From Octopus vulgaris (lineage: Eukaryota), in assembly GCA_951406725.2 (NCBI GenBank), contig OX597819.1, forward strand, positions 38,874,001-38,938,000: a stretch of DNA of 64,000 nt. The letters run 5' to 3'. A program made the translations under genes and the position numbers. The notes beneath the pieces were generated by a model that saw only the letters and a list, made by a program, of their open reading frames with translations, did not search any database and was not told the DNA's origin. Position 1 is the first letter of the stretch, and the number at the start of each line of letters is the position of its first letter. Positions 39,699 to 52,391 of the stretch are shown here, in pieces.

Positions 39699-40360
39699 TA
39701 TATATATATATATTTATGCTTTCACTTTTCACTTCAGGTGCCTATTAAGTCATGAGCAAACATAGACATTCGCTCATTCTCCTCACCATTGACTCAGCAG
39801 AACATCCTAGAAATGAGAATTGGAGAGAAACAGGTTTGCACCAGCATCCAGCTGGTACTCATTACAGCTGAGCAAACTGCGGCAACAGGAAATGAATTGC
39901 CTTGCTCAGGGACACAATGCACTAGGGATTGAATCCAGGACCTTAATTATGAACATGAGCTGAACACTCTAACCATTAGGCCATATACCTCCCCATGTTT
40001 ATTATGTATTAGTATTTTAATCTTTACTGCATGGGAACCAAATATACTCAGTTCTATGCTTGTGCACATGAGACACAGGGATGGAATTAACTCATTTTTG
40101 ATAATGGTGTACTTTCTGGAATTCTTGATCTTTCATATGACTCAGTACACACATTTCATTCTTACTGGCCAACAGAAAGAACTTACAAGAACTGATTTGT
40201 ATTTGATTAACATGTTACATCACCTGCAAAAATTTAATCAGTGCAGTGACAGCTAAATCCAACAATGTTGTGGTGTTTCTGAAGCAATGCTATGTGTACA
40301 CCTAAGGTACTACTACTGCAGAAACTCAGTTACCAAATAGATTCACTCAATGCATATATT

Positions 40361-40679
40361 CTTTTATTTATTTATGCGCCCTTTTCAAGCTTAGCCAGGC
40401 TCATGGCCCCGGTTTCCCTGTTTCTGTGGTGTATGTGTTTCCCCCCAGCTGGACGGGACACCAGTCCATCGCAGCATTACTCAAGAAACAGGAAGATAGA
40501 GTGAAAGAAAGTTGGGGCAAAAGAGTACAACAGGGGTTGCCACCACCCACTGCCAGAACCTCGTGGAGCTTTTAGGTGTTTTTGCTCAATAAACACACAC
40601 AACGCCCAGTATGGGAATCGAAACCATGATCCTCTGACCGCAAGTCTGCTGCCCTAACCATTGGGCCATTGCACCTCCA
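40361..40679 (-). mobile_element. Family E-head SINE with a different 3' module
   Basis: 5' ~190 bp shared with 39511-39698; TSD CAATGCAYATATT at 40348-40360 and 40680-40692. Confidence 0.85.
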
Positions 40680-40836
40680 CAATGCACATATTAGAATATA
40701 AGAATTTTATATTAGGCCATATACCTAATATAAATGCACATATTAGAATATAAGAATTTTGTAGCCAGCTTTCCTCTTGGTAATCCAATGACTATCAAAA
40801 ACCCTGATTTCTAAAATTCATATTAAAAAAGAATGG

Positions 40837-41266
40837 GGATCTTTTCAGTTTGAACGGCAGTTTTTTCTAGCGATGTCATATGAAATTGTCACCCATAATT
40901 ATGACCCTAGTATCGATCTATTGCATTTCAATATGTTTTAGGGTTAGGGTTAGTTAGGGTTAGGGTTAGGGGTGGGGGGAAGGTATCTTTTTTTCTTCAC
41001 AAATGTAAATAAACCCAATCTGTTTCTTAAACGAAGGACATATTCATACGGCACAGAATGTTTTATACCTCAATAGACGTCAGCAATTGGTTGAAATTGC
41101 AGAAATTGAAGAAAAAACAACAAATATCTTACAAACTATAGAATTTTCTCAATAAAGCCAAGAGAAAAAGATGTTTTATAAACACATTCTACCAGTATAC
41201 GAAGTTTAAAATTTTTTAGTTACCTAGAAATTATGTTAAAAACTGCCGTTCAAACCGAAAAGATCC
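40837..41266 (+). mobile_element. MITE, 8-bp TSD, GG-terminated TIRs (Merlin-like), internal TTAGGG repeats
   Basis: TIR GGATCTTTTCRGTTTGAACGGCAGTTTTT; TSD AAGAATGG at 40829-40836 and 41267-41274; TTAGGG units at 40938-40969. Confidence 0.85.
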
Positions 41267-42951
41267 AAGAATGGGTGTGACAACATTTAACTAAGTATCT
41301 ATAGCATTAGCTATTCATTCAGTCACTCTGAATGAAATATGATACATCTGAGAGTGGTTCTTTAATGTTTACGATATGTATAGTCTATAATTTGATTTTG
41401 TGGCCATTGTTATATAATTCTAATAAAAGTGAAAATATTAAAGATGAATTTAGCAACTTTGATTCATGTCTGTTTATCTTGCTGTCAGTCTAATCTATTC
41501 ATTGTCATCATTATTGTTTTCTTGCTATTCTAAGTGAAGGAAGGCATTGGCAGTTTTTGTTTCACTTCTGTTCACATCTCTCTCTCTCTCTCTCTCTCTC
41601 ATTTATCCCATGCTTCTCTCTGTCTCTTCTATTCTTTTCATTCATTTTGCTTGATTATTTGCATCTATCTATCTATATCGTAATTTTTTTCCTATTAATC
41701 TTATATTTTTTACTATTCTTATTTCCATTTCTATGAATCCATATATCTTATGACATCTATCTTTCTCACCATCCATTTCAATGTTATATCTATTTCTAGA
41801 CATTTATCCTAGCCTCTTCCACCATCCACCATCCACTAGCCACCATCCTCAGCTTTATACCATCAATAACCAAACTTTCAATTTCATTGTTGCTAGGCCA
41901 AATACATGATTATGTTTTGAATCCCAAACTCAATTTCTCACAAAATGTGTCAAAATGTCTGCCATGTAAAAAAAAAAAAAAAGGGAAAAGAGAAAAGAAT
42001 GAAAGAGTGACCAGTTACTTCAAAACAGAATATTTAAGGTCTGTGGCATAGAAGAAACCTTATTATTAGCACTGTCATGTTGCTGAAGACTAGATCTTTA
42101 TATTCACTTATACATAATTGTTTATTCCCCTTCTGACTTCCCTGTATATATAAGGAGTCCTTCTAAGTTTTAAACAGTTTTAGTCTTATTTTTTAAGTTT
42201 TTGTTTCAATATTTTTCTTCTGTCAGTGTATTATCACCTTAAGCGAGAGATGCCAAAAGTCTCAATCAAATATTAAAAACACTAGAAAACATACATTACA
42301 ATTTCACAGGAATAAATACATAATTGCATTAGGACAGTGGTTACGGTATACACAAATTCACTTATTGGACTCAATTCCTTATTCATTGACAACCTGTGCT
42401 GTTTCTTTCCTTACACACCAAACATGAGATAAAAAAGATTTCATTTCATATCTCCAGCATAACCACACTTCCTATACTTCCAAGCTGCCGGACGAGATAG
42501 TGAAGATGCTGACGACTGCTTGGTTCAAAGTCTCCCTTGACCACAAATGGCCTGAACTCTTTGTATGAACACCACCCTGTATATAACTCCATGTCCCCCT
42601 ACATGGCCTTGCTTTTTGCTTTTTGAGCCAAAAAATTAACTTAACCTAACATTCATTCTCAATGACCATTAGGTGCAGTTTAAAATCACATCTATGACAT
42701 TTGTTTTAATGAAGGCACACAGCTCAAGGAGGAGAGTGACTCTGAACACCTTGAGTCCTACATTGCACATAATAAGAAAGATTTCTGTACACACTAGGGA
42801 CTAGCCTGGAGTACCTGTAATCAGCTTCACATCTCGCTACCAAGTCAACAAAGCATGCCTTCTTCAAAACATGTCTAAACAGCTTTCTTCTCTATGCAGC
42901 TGACACCTGGATTATAATAATGGAATTTCAAAATTACCTTGATGGCAATGG

Positions 42952-43760
42952 CTATAGGTGTAGGTGTGGCTGTGTGGTTAGAAGCTTTGCTTCCCAACCA
43001 CATGTTTCCAGATTCAGTCCCACTGAGCAGCACTTGGGGCAAGAGTCTTCTATTATAGCATTGGACCAACCAAAATCTTGTGAGTGGATTTGGTAGATAG
43101 AAACTGAAAGAAGCTGGTCATCAAGTGCAGGAGTGGCTGTGTGGTAAGTAGTTTGCTTACTAACCACATGGTTCTGGGTTCATTCCCACTGCGTGGCACC
43201 TTGGGCAAGTGTCTTCTACTATAGCCTCGGGCCAACCAAAGCCTTGTGAGTGAATTCGGTAGACAGAAACTGAAAGAAGCCCGTCGTATATATATATATA
43301 TATATGTGTATGTGTATATGTTTGTGTGTCTGTGCTTGTCCCCCTACCAATATCGCTTCACAACTGATGGTGGTGTGTTTATGTCCCTGTAACTTAGCGG
43401 TTCAGCAAAAGATACCGATAGAATAAGTACCAAGCTTCCAAAGAATAAGTCCCGGGGTCGATTTGCTCGACTAAAAGTGGTGCTCCAGCATGGCCACAGT
43501 CAAATGACTGAAACAAGTAAAAGAGTAAAAGGGTATATATATCAATGTGTGTGTGTGTGTGTGTTTGTCCATCACCGCTGCTTGACAACTGGTGCTGGTA
43601 TGTTTACATCCTTACAACTTAGTGGTTCAGCAAAAGAGACCAATAGAATAAGTACCAATCTGAAAAATAAACAAGTACTGGGGTTGATTCATTCAAATGA
43701 AATTCCTCAAGGTGGTGCTCCAGCATGGCCGCAGTCAAATGACTGAAACAAGTAAAAGAC
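42952..43760 (+). mobile_element. Family B SINE (outer) containing a complete family B copy at about 43124-43531
   Basis: Module order is head1, head2, middle2, tail2, middle1, tail1. Confidence 0.85.
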
Positions 43761-43933
43761 AAATGTTAAAGATATCAAGCAACTCATGAGGGCTCAGAAC
43801 CTCTCAAGGCATGAGTACAAGACCAAAGAGGAAATTTATGGATGCATTCCACCCACCTCTACTATTCTTGTTCTATGCAGGAGAGACTTTGCTCACCACA
43901 GCTACTGTGCTGAATGATAGGTGTTATATTTTG

Positions 43934-44265
43934 AAAGCACATGGCTCAGTGGTTAGAGCATCGAGCTTACGATCGTGAGGTTGTGAGCTCGAATCCCGGA
44001 CCAGGCTGCTTGTTGTGTTCTTGAGGAAGACCCTTTATTTCACGTTGCTCCAGTTAACTTACCTGTAGAAATGAGTTGCGACGTCATGGGTGCCAAGCTG
44101 TATCGGCTGCTGCATTTCCCTTGGATAACACAGGTGGTGTGGAGAGGGGAGGCCGGTACGGGCGACTGCTGGTCTTCCATAAACCACCTTGTCCAGACTT
44201 GTGACTAGGAGGGTAACTTTCTAGGTGCAATCCCATGGTCAGTGTCGTGACCGAAGGGGTTCCTG
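43934..44265 (+). mobile_element. Family D SINE, full length
   Basis: TGGCTCAGTGG A box, GAGCTCGAATCCC B box; TSD ATATTTTG at 43926-43933 and 44266-44273. Confidence 0.9.
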
Positions 44266-46227
44266 ATATTTTGGACACTTGTGTATGCTAATAGAGGAAG
44301 AAGACCACCTGACTATATTAATGTTGGTAGAGGCACATACAATATAAAAATAAGGATCTACCAAAGTTAATAGAGGACAGAGATTCGTTGTGAGGTATTG
44401 TGAAATGTATCACATTTGCTGTCACACAAAAAGGACCATTAAACTGTTCAGTTTTGAAGATAGGGTGGAAGCAGTTTTATGACAGCAGTGCCCTGGGGCA
44501 GAGTTATGTGCCTTTTACTACTACATAGTCACTGTAGTAGTAAAGTTTGAACTCATGACTCTGTAATTAGTAGCCTAGCAAGTTAATCTCTCAAACATTG
44601 TTCTGTTATACTCAAGTTAATTAAATACATGGAGAAATTTTAATTTCAGTCTCATAATTTAAATATCATTCTTAAGTAATGCTAAGAATACAGAAAACAG
44701 TTGTTTTTTACATTTATGAATTTGTTTTGCAAGATTCTTGATGTTAAATCTTGTGTTCAAACAGAATGGTCCCTTGTTTCTCTTGCCCAATAAGCACACA
44801 CACTATAAGCACATGCACTACATATACATTCTTCACTCGTTTATTATTGTTCTTATTTTAGCTTATGCCCATTGTCTGGAAATCTTTCATCACTCATCTC
44901 TGTAATCTCTTCAGTGACTCTTCTATTCCATGTGTGTCCTCCTATTCTGTTTAATCCATTCTGTCAGATTTTTTTTACATGGTCTGATTCCATTCCTGTT
45001 TGGAGTCATTACACTCCACGGCAGGTTAGAAGACCAATTCTTGCTCTAACAATTTATTTTCAGCTTGGTTTCTAAGATTGGACGCCCTTTTTTTACACCA
45101 TCTACTTTAAGGATTGTTCCAGGAGCATTTTATCATGGCAACAGTAGAACAGAGGTAGCGGAATTAGAGAGCCCTCTTTACTCTATATTAAAGAGTCCTT
45201 TTACTCTACATTAGGGAGTTCCCTCTACAGTTGAATCCATACTCTATTCTTTCAAGGCAAACACAACCAAGGTTGTAAACAGGAGAGACAGACAGACAGA
45301 CAGACAGACAGGCAGACAGACAGAGAAAGCATTGACCAAAAGCATGTATGAATATGAGTGTTGTGGTGATGGTGGTGGTGGTGGTGGTGGTGGTGGGAAA
45401 ACATGACAGGCGTGGGAGGATGATAGCAGAGGAAATTATGGAGACTGAGAGCTGCATCCCTTTAAATTCTCTAAGATTTCCTTTACACATGAAATATTTT
45501 CTTGTTTTCACGAGTATTTTTTCTTGATTTAGTGAACAAAACTAATTTTTCAAGTTGTCTTTAAAATATTTTTCATGACTAATTTGGAATTCAAATTCTC
45601 TTGTGTAAAGAATTTTTACAACTCTATCTGATTATAGTTAAAACAGACATTTCACATCATTTCATCATTTCCTGCATAATTCTAAATCATTTTGAAATCA
45701 CAATCATTTCTATGTATGTAAGAATGCATCATCATCATCATTATTTAACATGTGTTTCAGCATGTATGTATGTACATAACTATGTATGTGTATGTATGCA
45801 CACACACACACACATATGCAATGGGACTCAATAGCTAGGAAGAGAGAGAGAGAGAGAGAAAAAGAGATTACTTAACAGCTTAAAGTAGGTGATACTTATC
45901 TCCATCCATACCGAACTGAGTTAACAATTATCTGAAAACAGAGAAATTTCAGAACGCCTAACTTTAGACAGACATTTCTGCAGAGTGATGCTATATCTGG
46001 CATGGGTTGGTGTAAATAAAGAATCAGTGTGCAGCATTAAGATCCTGCTTTCAACAGACAAAGTTACTGTTGATATGCAACAACCTTCTTAACCAGAAAC
46101 TTATGTTAATTTTATGCTCAGTCAGAAAAAAAGTCTGTGAATGACTTGTGATGCTAAGATCACTGTATCTTATACTTAATTCAAACAACTCTGGTACATT
46201 GGTGGCACAACTCAAAATTATTTCATG

Positions 46228-46649
46228 GGATCTTTTCGGTTTGAACGGCAGTTTTTAACATAATTTCTAGGTAACTAAAAAATTTTAAACTTCGTATACT
46301 GGTAGACTGTGTTTATAAAACATCTTTTCTCTTGACTTTATTGAGAAAATTCTATAGTTTGTAAGATATTTGTTGTTTTTTTTTTCTTCAATTTCTGCAA
46401 TTTCAACCAATCACTGATGTCCATTGAGGTAAAAAAACATTCCGTGCCGTATGAATATGTTCCTCGTTTAAGAAACAGATTGGGTTTATGTACATTGTGA
46501 AGAAAAAAAGATACCCTTCCCCCCACCCCGAACCCTAACTAACCCTAAAACAGATTGAAATGCAATAGATCGATACTAGGGTAATAATTATGGGTGATAA
46601 TTTCATATGACACTGCTAGAAAAAGCTGCCGTTCAAACCAAAAAGATCC
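46228..46649 (-). mobile_element. Second copy of the Merlin-like TTAGGG MITE, opposite orientation
   Basis: Same TIRs; TSD ATTTCATG at 46220-46227 and 46650-46657; shorter CCCTAA tract at about 46528-46548. Confidence 0.85.
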
Positions 46650-46844
46650 ATTTCATGTTTCATACTTAACAGTCTCCAAGTTATAAGTGTTTTTGTTGTA
46701 GGAAAGTGGTAGATCACTTATGCTTGATAATATGTTCCATTTTTATCTCTTTTTTAAACATTTTGACATGAGGTTATCTTTTACATTGCTTATCTTTTAC
46801 TTGTTTCAGTCACTGGACAAGGGGACACACATATATTATTTTAT

Positions 46845-47243
46845 ATTTTTATTTGTTTCAGTCATTTGACTGTGGCCATGATGAAGCATCACCTTGAAGG
46901 GTTTTAGTCGAACAAATCGACCCCACCAGAACTAATTTTTAAAGCCTAGTACTTAGTCTATTGGTCTCTTTCCTGAACCTCTAAGTTATAAGGATGTAAA
47001 AACCCCAATACCAATTGTCAAGTGGTGAAGGATGACAAACATGGACACAAAGAAACATACATAAATATATACATATATATGACAGGCTTCTTTCAGTTTC
47101 TGTGTAACGAATCCACTCACAGGTCTTTGATTCGCCTGAGGCTATAGTAGAAGACACTTTCCCAAGGTGTCACACAGTGGGACTGAACACAGAACCATGT
47201 GATTAGGAAGCAAGTTTCTTATCATACAGCCACACCTGCACCT
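46845..47243 (-). mobile_element. Family B SINE
   Basis: Module similarity; extra tail fragment at about 46790-46818. Confidence 0.8.
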
Positions 47244-47689
47244 AAAAATATTCTGTACATTGGCTGAAAAAAAAATATCGGCTGCCCACATACATATATA
47301 TGTTTCCTTAATTCTCAATTTTAATATATATTTTGAACTTGCATACAGCAGCAACTGAGACTACATACTGGATTGTAACAATGGAATAAGCAGACGTGCT
47401 TCAAAGGGAAACAGCTGAGATTTACCCAAACTACCTACATAATTACATACATACAGACACACACACATATATATATATATCGATAGATAGATATAGATAT
47501 ATGTGTGATATATATATATATATATATATATATTATGGTAAAAATGGTAAGATAACAAAAGAAAGAAAGAGACCTCAATATTATGTAAATAGAGGAAATT
47601 TATCTGTAAAATAATATGTGACAATTATTCGGTAGCCAAGATAAAACTCTGAGTTTGGAGATGACTAGATAACTGAAGAGATGGTTCTC

Positions 47690-48265
47690 TTCAGGTTTGC
47701 TTTCTCTGAACATTTCAGTAGATAATCCATTTCTCATCACCTGTCACAATTTGCTTTAAAAAAAGGCACGTTCAACTCATGTGGTACCCAAACATCGTAG
47801 CGATTTGTGCACCCAAGCTTTACCAGGTGCTCATGAACAATGGATTTTGGTAGGTTGAGGCTTTCTGCCGATTTTCAGGTTGTGCAATGTGGATTATTCT
47901 CAATTAATGACTTGATTTGGTCATCATCTGTAATGGATGGTCTGCCTGATTGCTCTTTATCAATAAGGCTACAATCTCCAGCTTGAAACCTTGCAAACCA
48001 CTTCTGTATAGTTCTTTCGGATAAAGAAACATCACCGTAAACTGCGCATATTTCTTTGGTTGCTTGTGGGGCATTTTTTCTCTGTATGGAAAAAGAAAAG
48101 CATCTTTCTTATCTTCCATTTTAAAGGGTTACAGAATTAACACAGGTTATAGGAACATAAACATCTTCCACGAAAAGATAGCTTAAACTGTGCTCTAAAT
48201 GAAGGTCTAAAATAAGTTGAAAGGTAAGCTACTATAAATCAGCACAAACTTTCCGGACAACCCAA
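47690..48265 (-). pseudogene. Mariner transposon 5' portion, frameshifted and deleted transposase
   Basis: Minus strand TA|TTGGGTTGTCCGGAAAG end; translates to KEICAVYGD..SERTIQKWFARF...SGRPS...WVPHEL...IVTGDEKWIIY. Confidence 0.9.
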
Positions 48266-49423
48266 TATATTTTGTTTGGCTATAAGATCTGTTCCAACCA
48301 CATTTATTGTTAGATAATAATTATTTTTTTGTTTCTTGTTTCTTATTTTGTTTTTTACTTTGGTTACAAGCCAAATATTTTCAAAAAATCAACACCTGCA
48401 TCATATACTTGGTTCTTTACTTCATTATCAACCACCTAGGTGTAATGAAAAGCAAAATCATGCCTCATAGGATTTGAACTCAGAACAGAGAAATGAAAAT
48501 AAATAATGCTATGTGATGCATTTAGTGCAGCGCTCTGCAATATTTGCCATTCTATCGCTTGTTTTAAGAAATTGACAGTAATATGTTTTGATAAGATGAT
48601 GATTTTAGAATCACAACAAAATATATTCCCTAGACAATCAAACATTTGGTTCATGGTTTTGGTTTCAGAAAAATATTTGTGTTATTTTCAAAATTCTTAT
48701 TCTCTTGATCATTATCTTCATCTGCTAAGTGTGGTAGTAGATTGGAGAATTAATATTTCCAGATAAGAACAAAGATTCCTTGAGTTTGTTCCAAATAGTG
48801 TATCTGTAGCTATGGTTATATAAAAGCTGTGACAGGCTCCTTTATTTTTTTTTAGTTCTTATTTCATCAGTCATAGATCTATCTTGCTCTCACTTTAAGC
48901 TGAATATAAATTCTTCAGTTGATAAATATGTTTTTGAACACTTTTCCATTATTCTTGTCATTAATATTGAATAGTTACAATCAGTTCTGCCTAAACAGCT
49001 CTTTGGTAAGAATTAGATGATTGAAAAATTGTTCAATCTGTGTTCTCTCTGAGGTAATCCTGTCTTTCTTGGAGGAATGATCCCCTAAGGTTTGGTGCTT
49101 CACTCATTAGCATGCAAATCCAGATAAATGTAGCCATCATAAAGAAAGCATCATTTGTTAAAACTAACCACATTTTATTAGATTGTCAGATATTGTAGAG
49201 AAGTTACATAAAAAGATGGTAGTCTTTAGACTGACAGTATTGCAAGTTGATTGCTGAAAGATTTGGGATAGATGAAGCAGCATATTCAGATTTCTCAGAT
49301 CTGAATAAGCAACCACGATTCAAAGGTGAAATGAAGTTGAGATGGACTTGTGAAGATTTGTAATTCCCAAGGCTTAAGTAATCAATATAAATTTGGTCAG
49401 AAAAACATTTACTTGATAATACC

Positions 49424-49637
49424 TATTTCTTTACTACCCACATGGGGCTAAACACAGAGAGGACAAACGAGGACAGACAAATGGATTAAGTCGATTATAT
49501 CGACCCCAGTGCGTAACTGGTACTTATTTAATCGACCCCGAAAGGATGAAAGGCAAAGTCAACCTCAGCAGAATTTGAACTCAGAACGTAGCGGCAGACG
49601 AAATACCGCTCAGCATTTCTGCCAGCTCGTCACCTAA
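49424..49637 (-). mobile_element. Family A SINE
   Basis: 14-bp TSD TACTTGATAATACC at 49410-49423 and 49638-49651. Confidence 0.9.
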
Positions 49638-51109
49638 TACTTGATAATACCATCAGCATCATGAACAACAAAGATAACACCAATACTAAAACCACCCTTA
49701 ACTACAACAGTAGTCCTTAGTCCACCACCAATATCCATAACAATGACAACAGAACTTTAACATTGAGGATCAGTTTGTTTAATTTAAAAACAAAACAGCC
49801 TCCATGACATCATTTGTTACTAGAAATAACAGCCAGATTACTTTTGAACTGCAACCTACCAATTTAAAGAAAAGAAAACATTGAACTGTGTAATCCCTAT
49901 AATATAAAAAAAGATAGGGTCCTCTGAACTGAAACAACTTTAGTTATAGGTTTACTCAATTAGGAGTGATTAGAGGCTAAACAACCTGTTCAAAGCATCA
50001 TCTACATCTGCTCCAGTTCCATGCTATCTTTAAAGTAGAATTGATATATCCTAAGTTGTAAATCTGTGGAGAGCCTCATTTTATGTCTGTTATTAATGCC
50101 TGTCAAACAAAATATTCAGTTGTGCAACTGTCACACATTCAAATACAACTGATTAGAGTCACACACAGGACTAGTAATTTGAGGGGAGGGGTTAATGAAT
50201 ATCACTAACCCAAGCACTTGGCTGGTACAATATTCTATCAACTCCAGAGAGATGGAAAGTAAAGTTGACCATGATGAGACTGGAACTGAGAACATAAAGA
50301 GCCAGAACAAATGTTGCGAAGCATTTATCTGACTCACTATTGATCTTCCACTCCACTGCCCTTACAACAATAATAATGCAAATGGCTGAGGTCACCTAAT
50401 ATACCTAACTTTTCCATTCAAAATGTCCTCCTTGTCAATGTTTTCCCTGCATTTGTCAACTTGTAACTGATTAAGATGAAGACCATTGCATCTGTTTCCC
50501 TAGGTATGAAGGGCCTGCAAAATCCATAGGCTAACATAAATAATTTTTATTAAATACACAAATGATTAATATCCTCTTCTTCAAAAACATGTACTCGACA
50601 ATGATCAGTTCATTTAATTGTACATATATACTACAAAGTGTTACAAACAGTAGAAGCAACATAAAAATGACAAGTTTTTCATTAGATGTGCTGTTCAACT
50701 TTGTCTCCATTAGTACAGAACCACTTTTCAGAAAGTGCTAAATATCAGAACAAAAGACTAAATACAACAACAAACAACAATTGCTTTTATGGTCATTTTC
50801 CGTGCTGATGAAGCAGTTAATCTTGCAGGTCTCATAGCAGTCTTCATTTTACTCCACAGTCTACATACCCTTCACCAAGCTTTTTGCCTTTGTTTCCTCT
50901 TCTGTTCACCTTTAGCAATGTCATTAACAGTTTTTGTCTTTCTCTACATCCTTTCTCATTCATTTCCATCTCTCTGCTCACCCAGTCACTTTCATCCTTC
51001 ATTAGTGCATGACTCAGTCATCTTATTCCATTTCTCTTCACAAAATCCAGCACTGGTTTTATTTCCCTCATCCTCTGTAATTCATTTTCATTGTTTGTGG
51101 TTTCTTTGC

Positions 51110-51275
51110 TCTTAGTAATAATCTATACATTACTGAATCCTTCTCAATTCCATTCTTTCCAATCTTAGTAATAATCACTACTGAATCATTCTCAATTCCA
51201 TTCTTTCCAATCTTAGTAATAATCTCTTAGTAATAATCATTACTGAATCATTCTCAATTCCATTCTTTCCAATCT
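51110..51275. repeat. ~48-bp minisatellite, 3 units
   Basis: CTTAGTAATAATCAYTACTGAATCATTCTCAATTCCATTCTTTCCAAT repeated. Confidence 0.9.
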
Positions 51276-51658
51276 TCCCTGACACTCCATATTCATTACC
51301 TGTGCTTCAAGTGTATAAGTCCTAAACCATGTGTCACTAGTTTTGAATAAAAGCATCATAAACCTCATTGTAATATAATGACTTAAAGTGTTATTGTTGT
51401 GAAGGGCGTCTGGATATAAAATGCAGCCTCAAAAAGGACTTTGATTATGACTACACATAAATAGAGTGACTGACTGTCCACGCAAAACAAAGGTGCAATA
51501 GAAACCAATGTGAAGCTGGTAATGCTGAATCACTGACAAAAACATTTGGTATGAAAAGCCAGTCACACAAAAACATAATTATATGAACCAAATATATATA
51601 TATATATATGGACACACATACACATATATGCACACACACAACATATATACATATACAA

Positions 51659-52030
51659 TTACTTCTGCCTTAGTGAAGGCAGAGGTATTGCTTTCAGTCG
51701 TGTTTGCTTGTTTGTCTGTCCATGGACAAGATATCTCAAGACCTGCTGGATGGATTCGGATGAAACTTTCAGGGATGTTTAGTATCTTGACTGGTACGAA
51801 CTGGTTAGATTTTGGGATCGTTCTGGTACCGGACAAGGATTGTGGATTATTTTTCCTGTTTTTCTTACTTAATTTTTGAGAGAGGTCGGGTTCATTTTTA
51901 CTATTTTCGTTTGTGAGAGCAGTTGAGTTTATTTCAGATATTCTCATTTTAAAAATCATCTCTGACTAATCATTGAGAGGACGTTGGCTTTGTCTTGGTG
52001 GAAACTTGCCCTTTCTGAATGCTCTTGTTA
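51659..52030 (+). mobile_element. Helentron-associated (HINE/DINE-1-like) non-autonomous element
   Basis: 5' palindrome TACTTCTGCC-TTAGTGAA-GGCAGAGGTA; short TTTG/TCTG tract; GGATTCGGATGAAACTT core; 3' sub-terminal repeat remnant and stem-loop ending GCTCTTGTT. Confidence 0.7.
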
Positions 52031-52031
52031 T

Positions 52032-52391
52032 ATACTGGAGTGAGGAATAATTCATGAACGTTTTTTTTTCAAATTTAAAAATGCATGTAGAAATAAAATG
52101 CATTAGCAAAATGTTTTGTAATTTAAAAGAGAATTTTTTGCTCTACAAGATGGTGTGTTTTGATTCTTTGATATTATTGATTCTTGTGTATTTTTAGATC
52201 ATTAAAATGGAATGACAAGTGGACAAAACTGAGCATTTTTGACAGCGTTGGCTTTTTGCATTTAATTGGGGTGTTAAGGCCACCAAAGTTGCTCATGAGA
52301 TTTGTGCTGTGTATGGAGAAGGAGCAATGCTTCAAAGTACTATGGTTGGTTTATGAGTTTTAAAAATGGAAATCTTGACCTCAAGGACACA
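52032..52391 (+). pseudogene. Mariner 5' fragment with transposase N-terminus
   Basis: ME*QVDKTEHF*..LFAFNWGVKATKVAHEICAVYGEGAM...WF..FKNGNLDLKD. Confidence 0.8.

Noticed and set aside
40938-40969. True telomere or chromosome fusion scar
   Set aside because: The tract is internal to a TSD-flanked MITE present twice in the window.
43934-44000. tRNA gene
   Set aside because: A/B boxes continue into a SINE body with a TSD and there is no complete cloverleaf; the same holds for the other tRNA-like heads.
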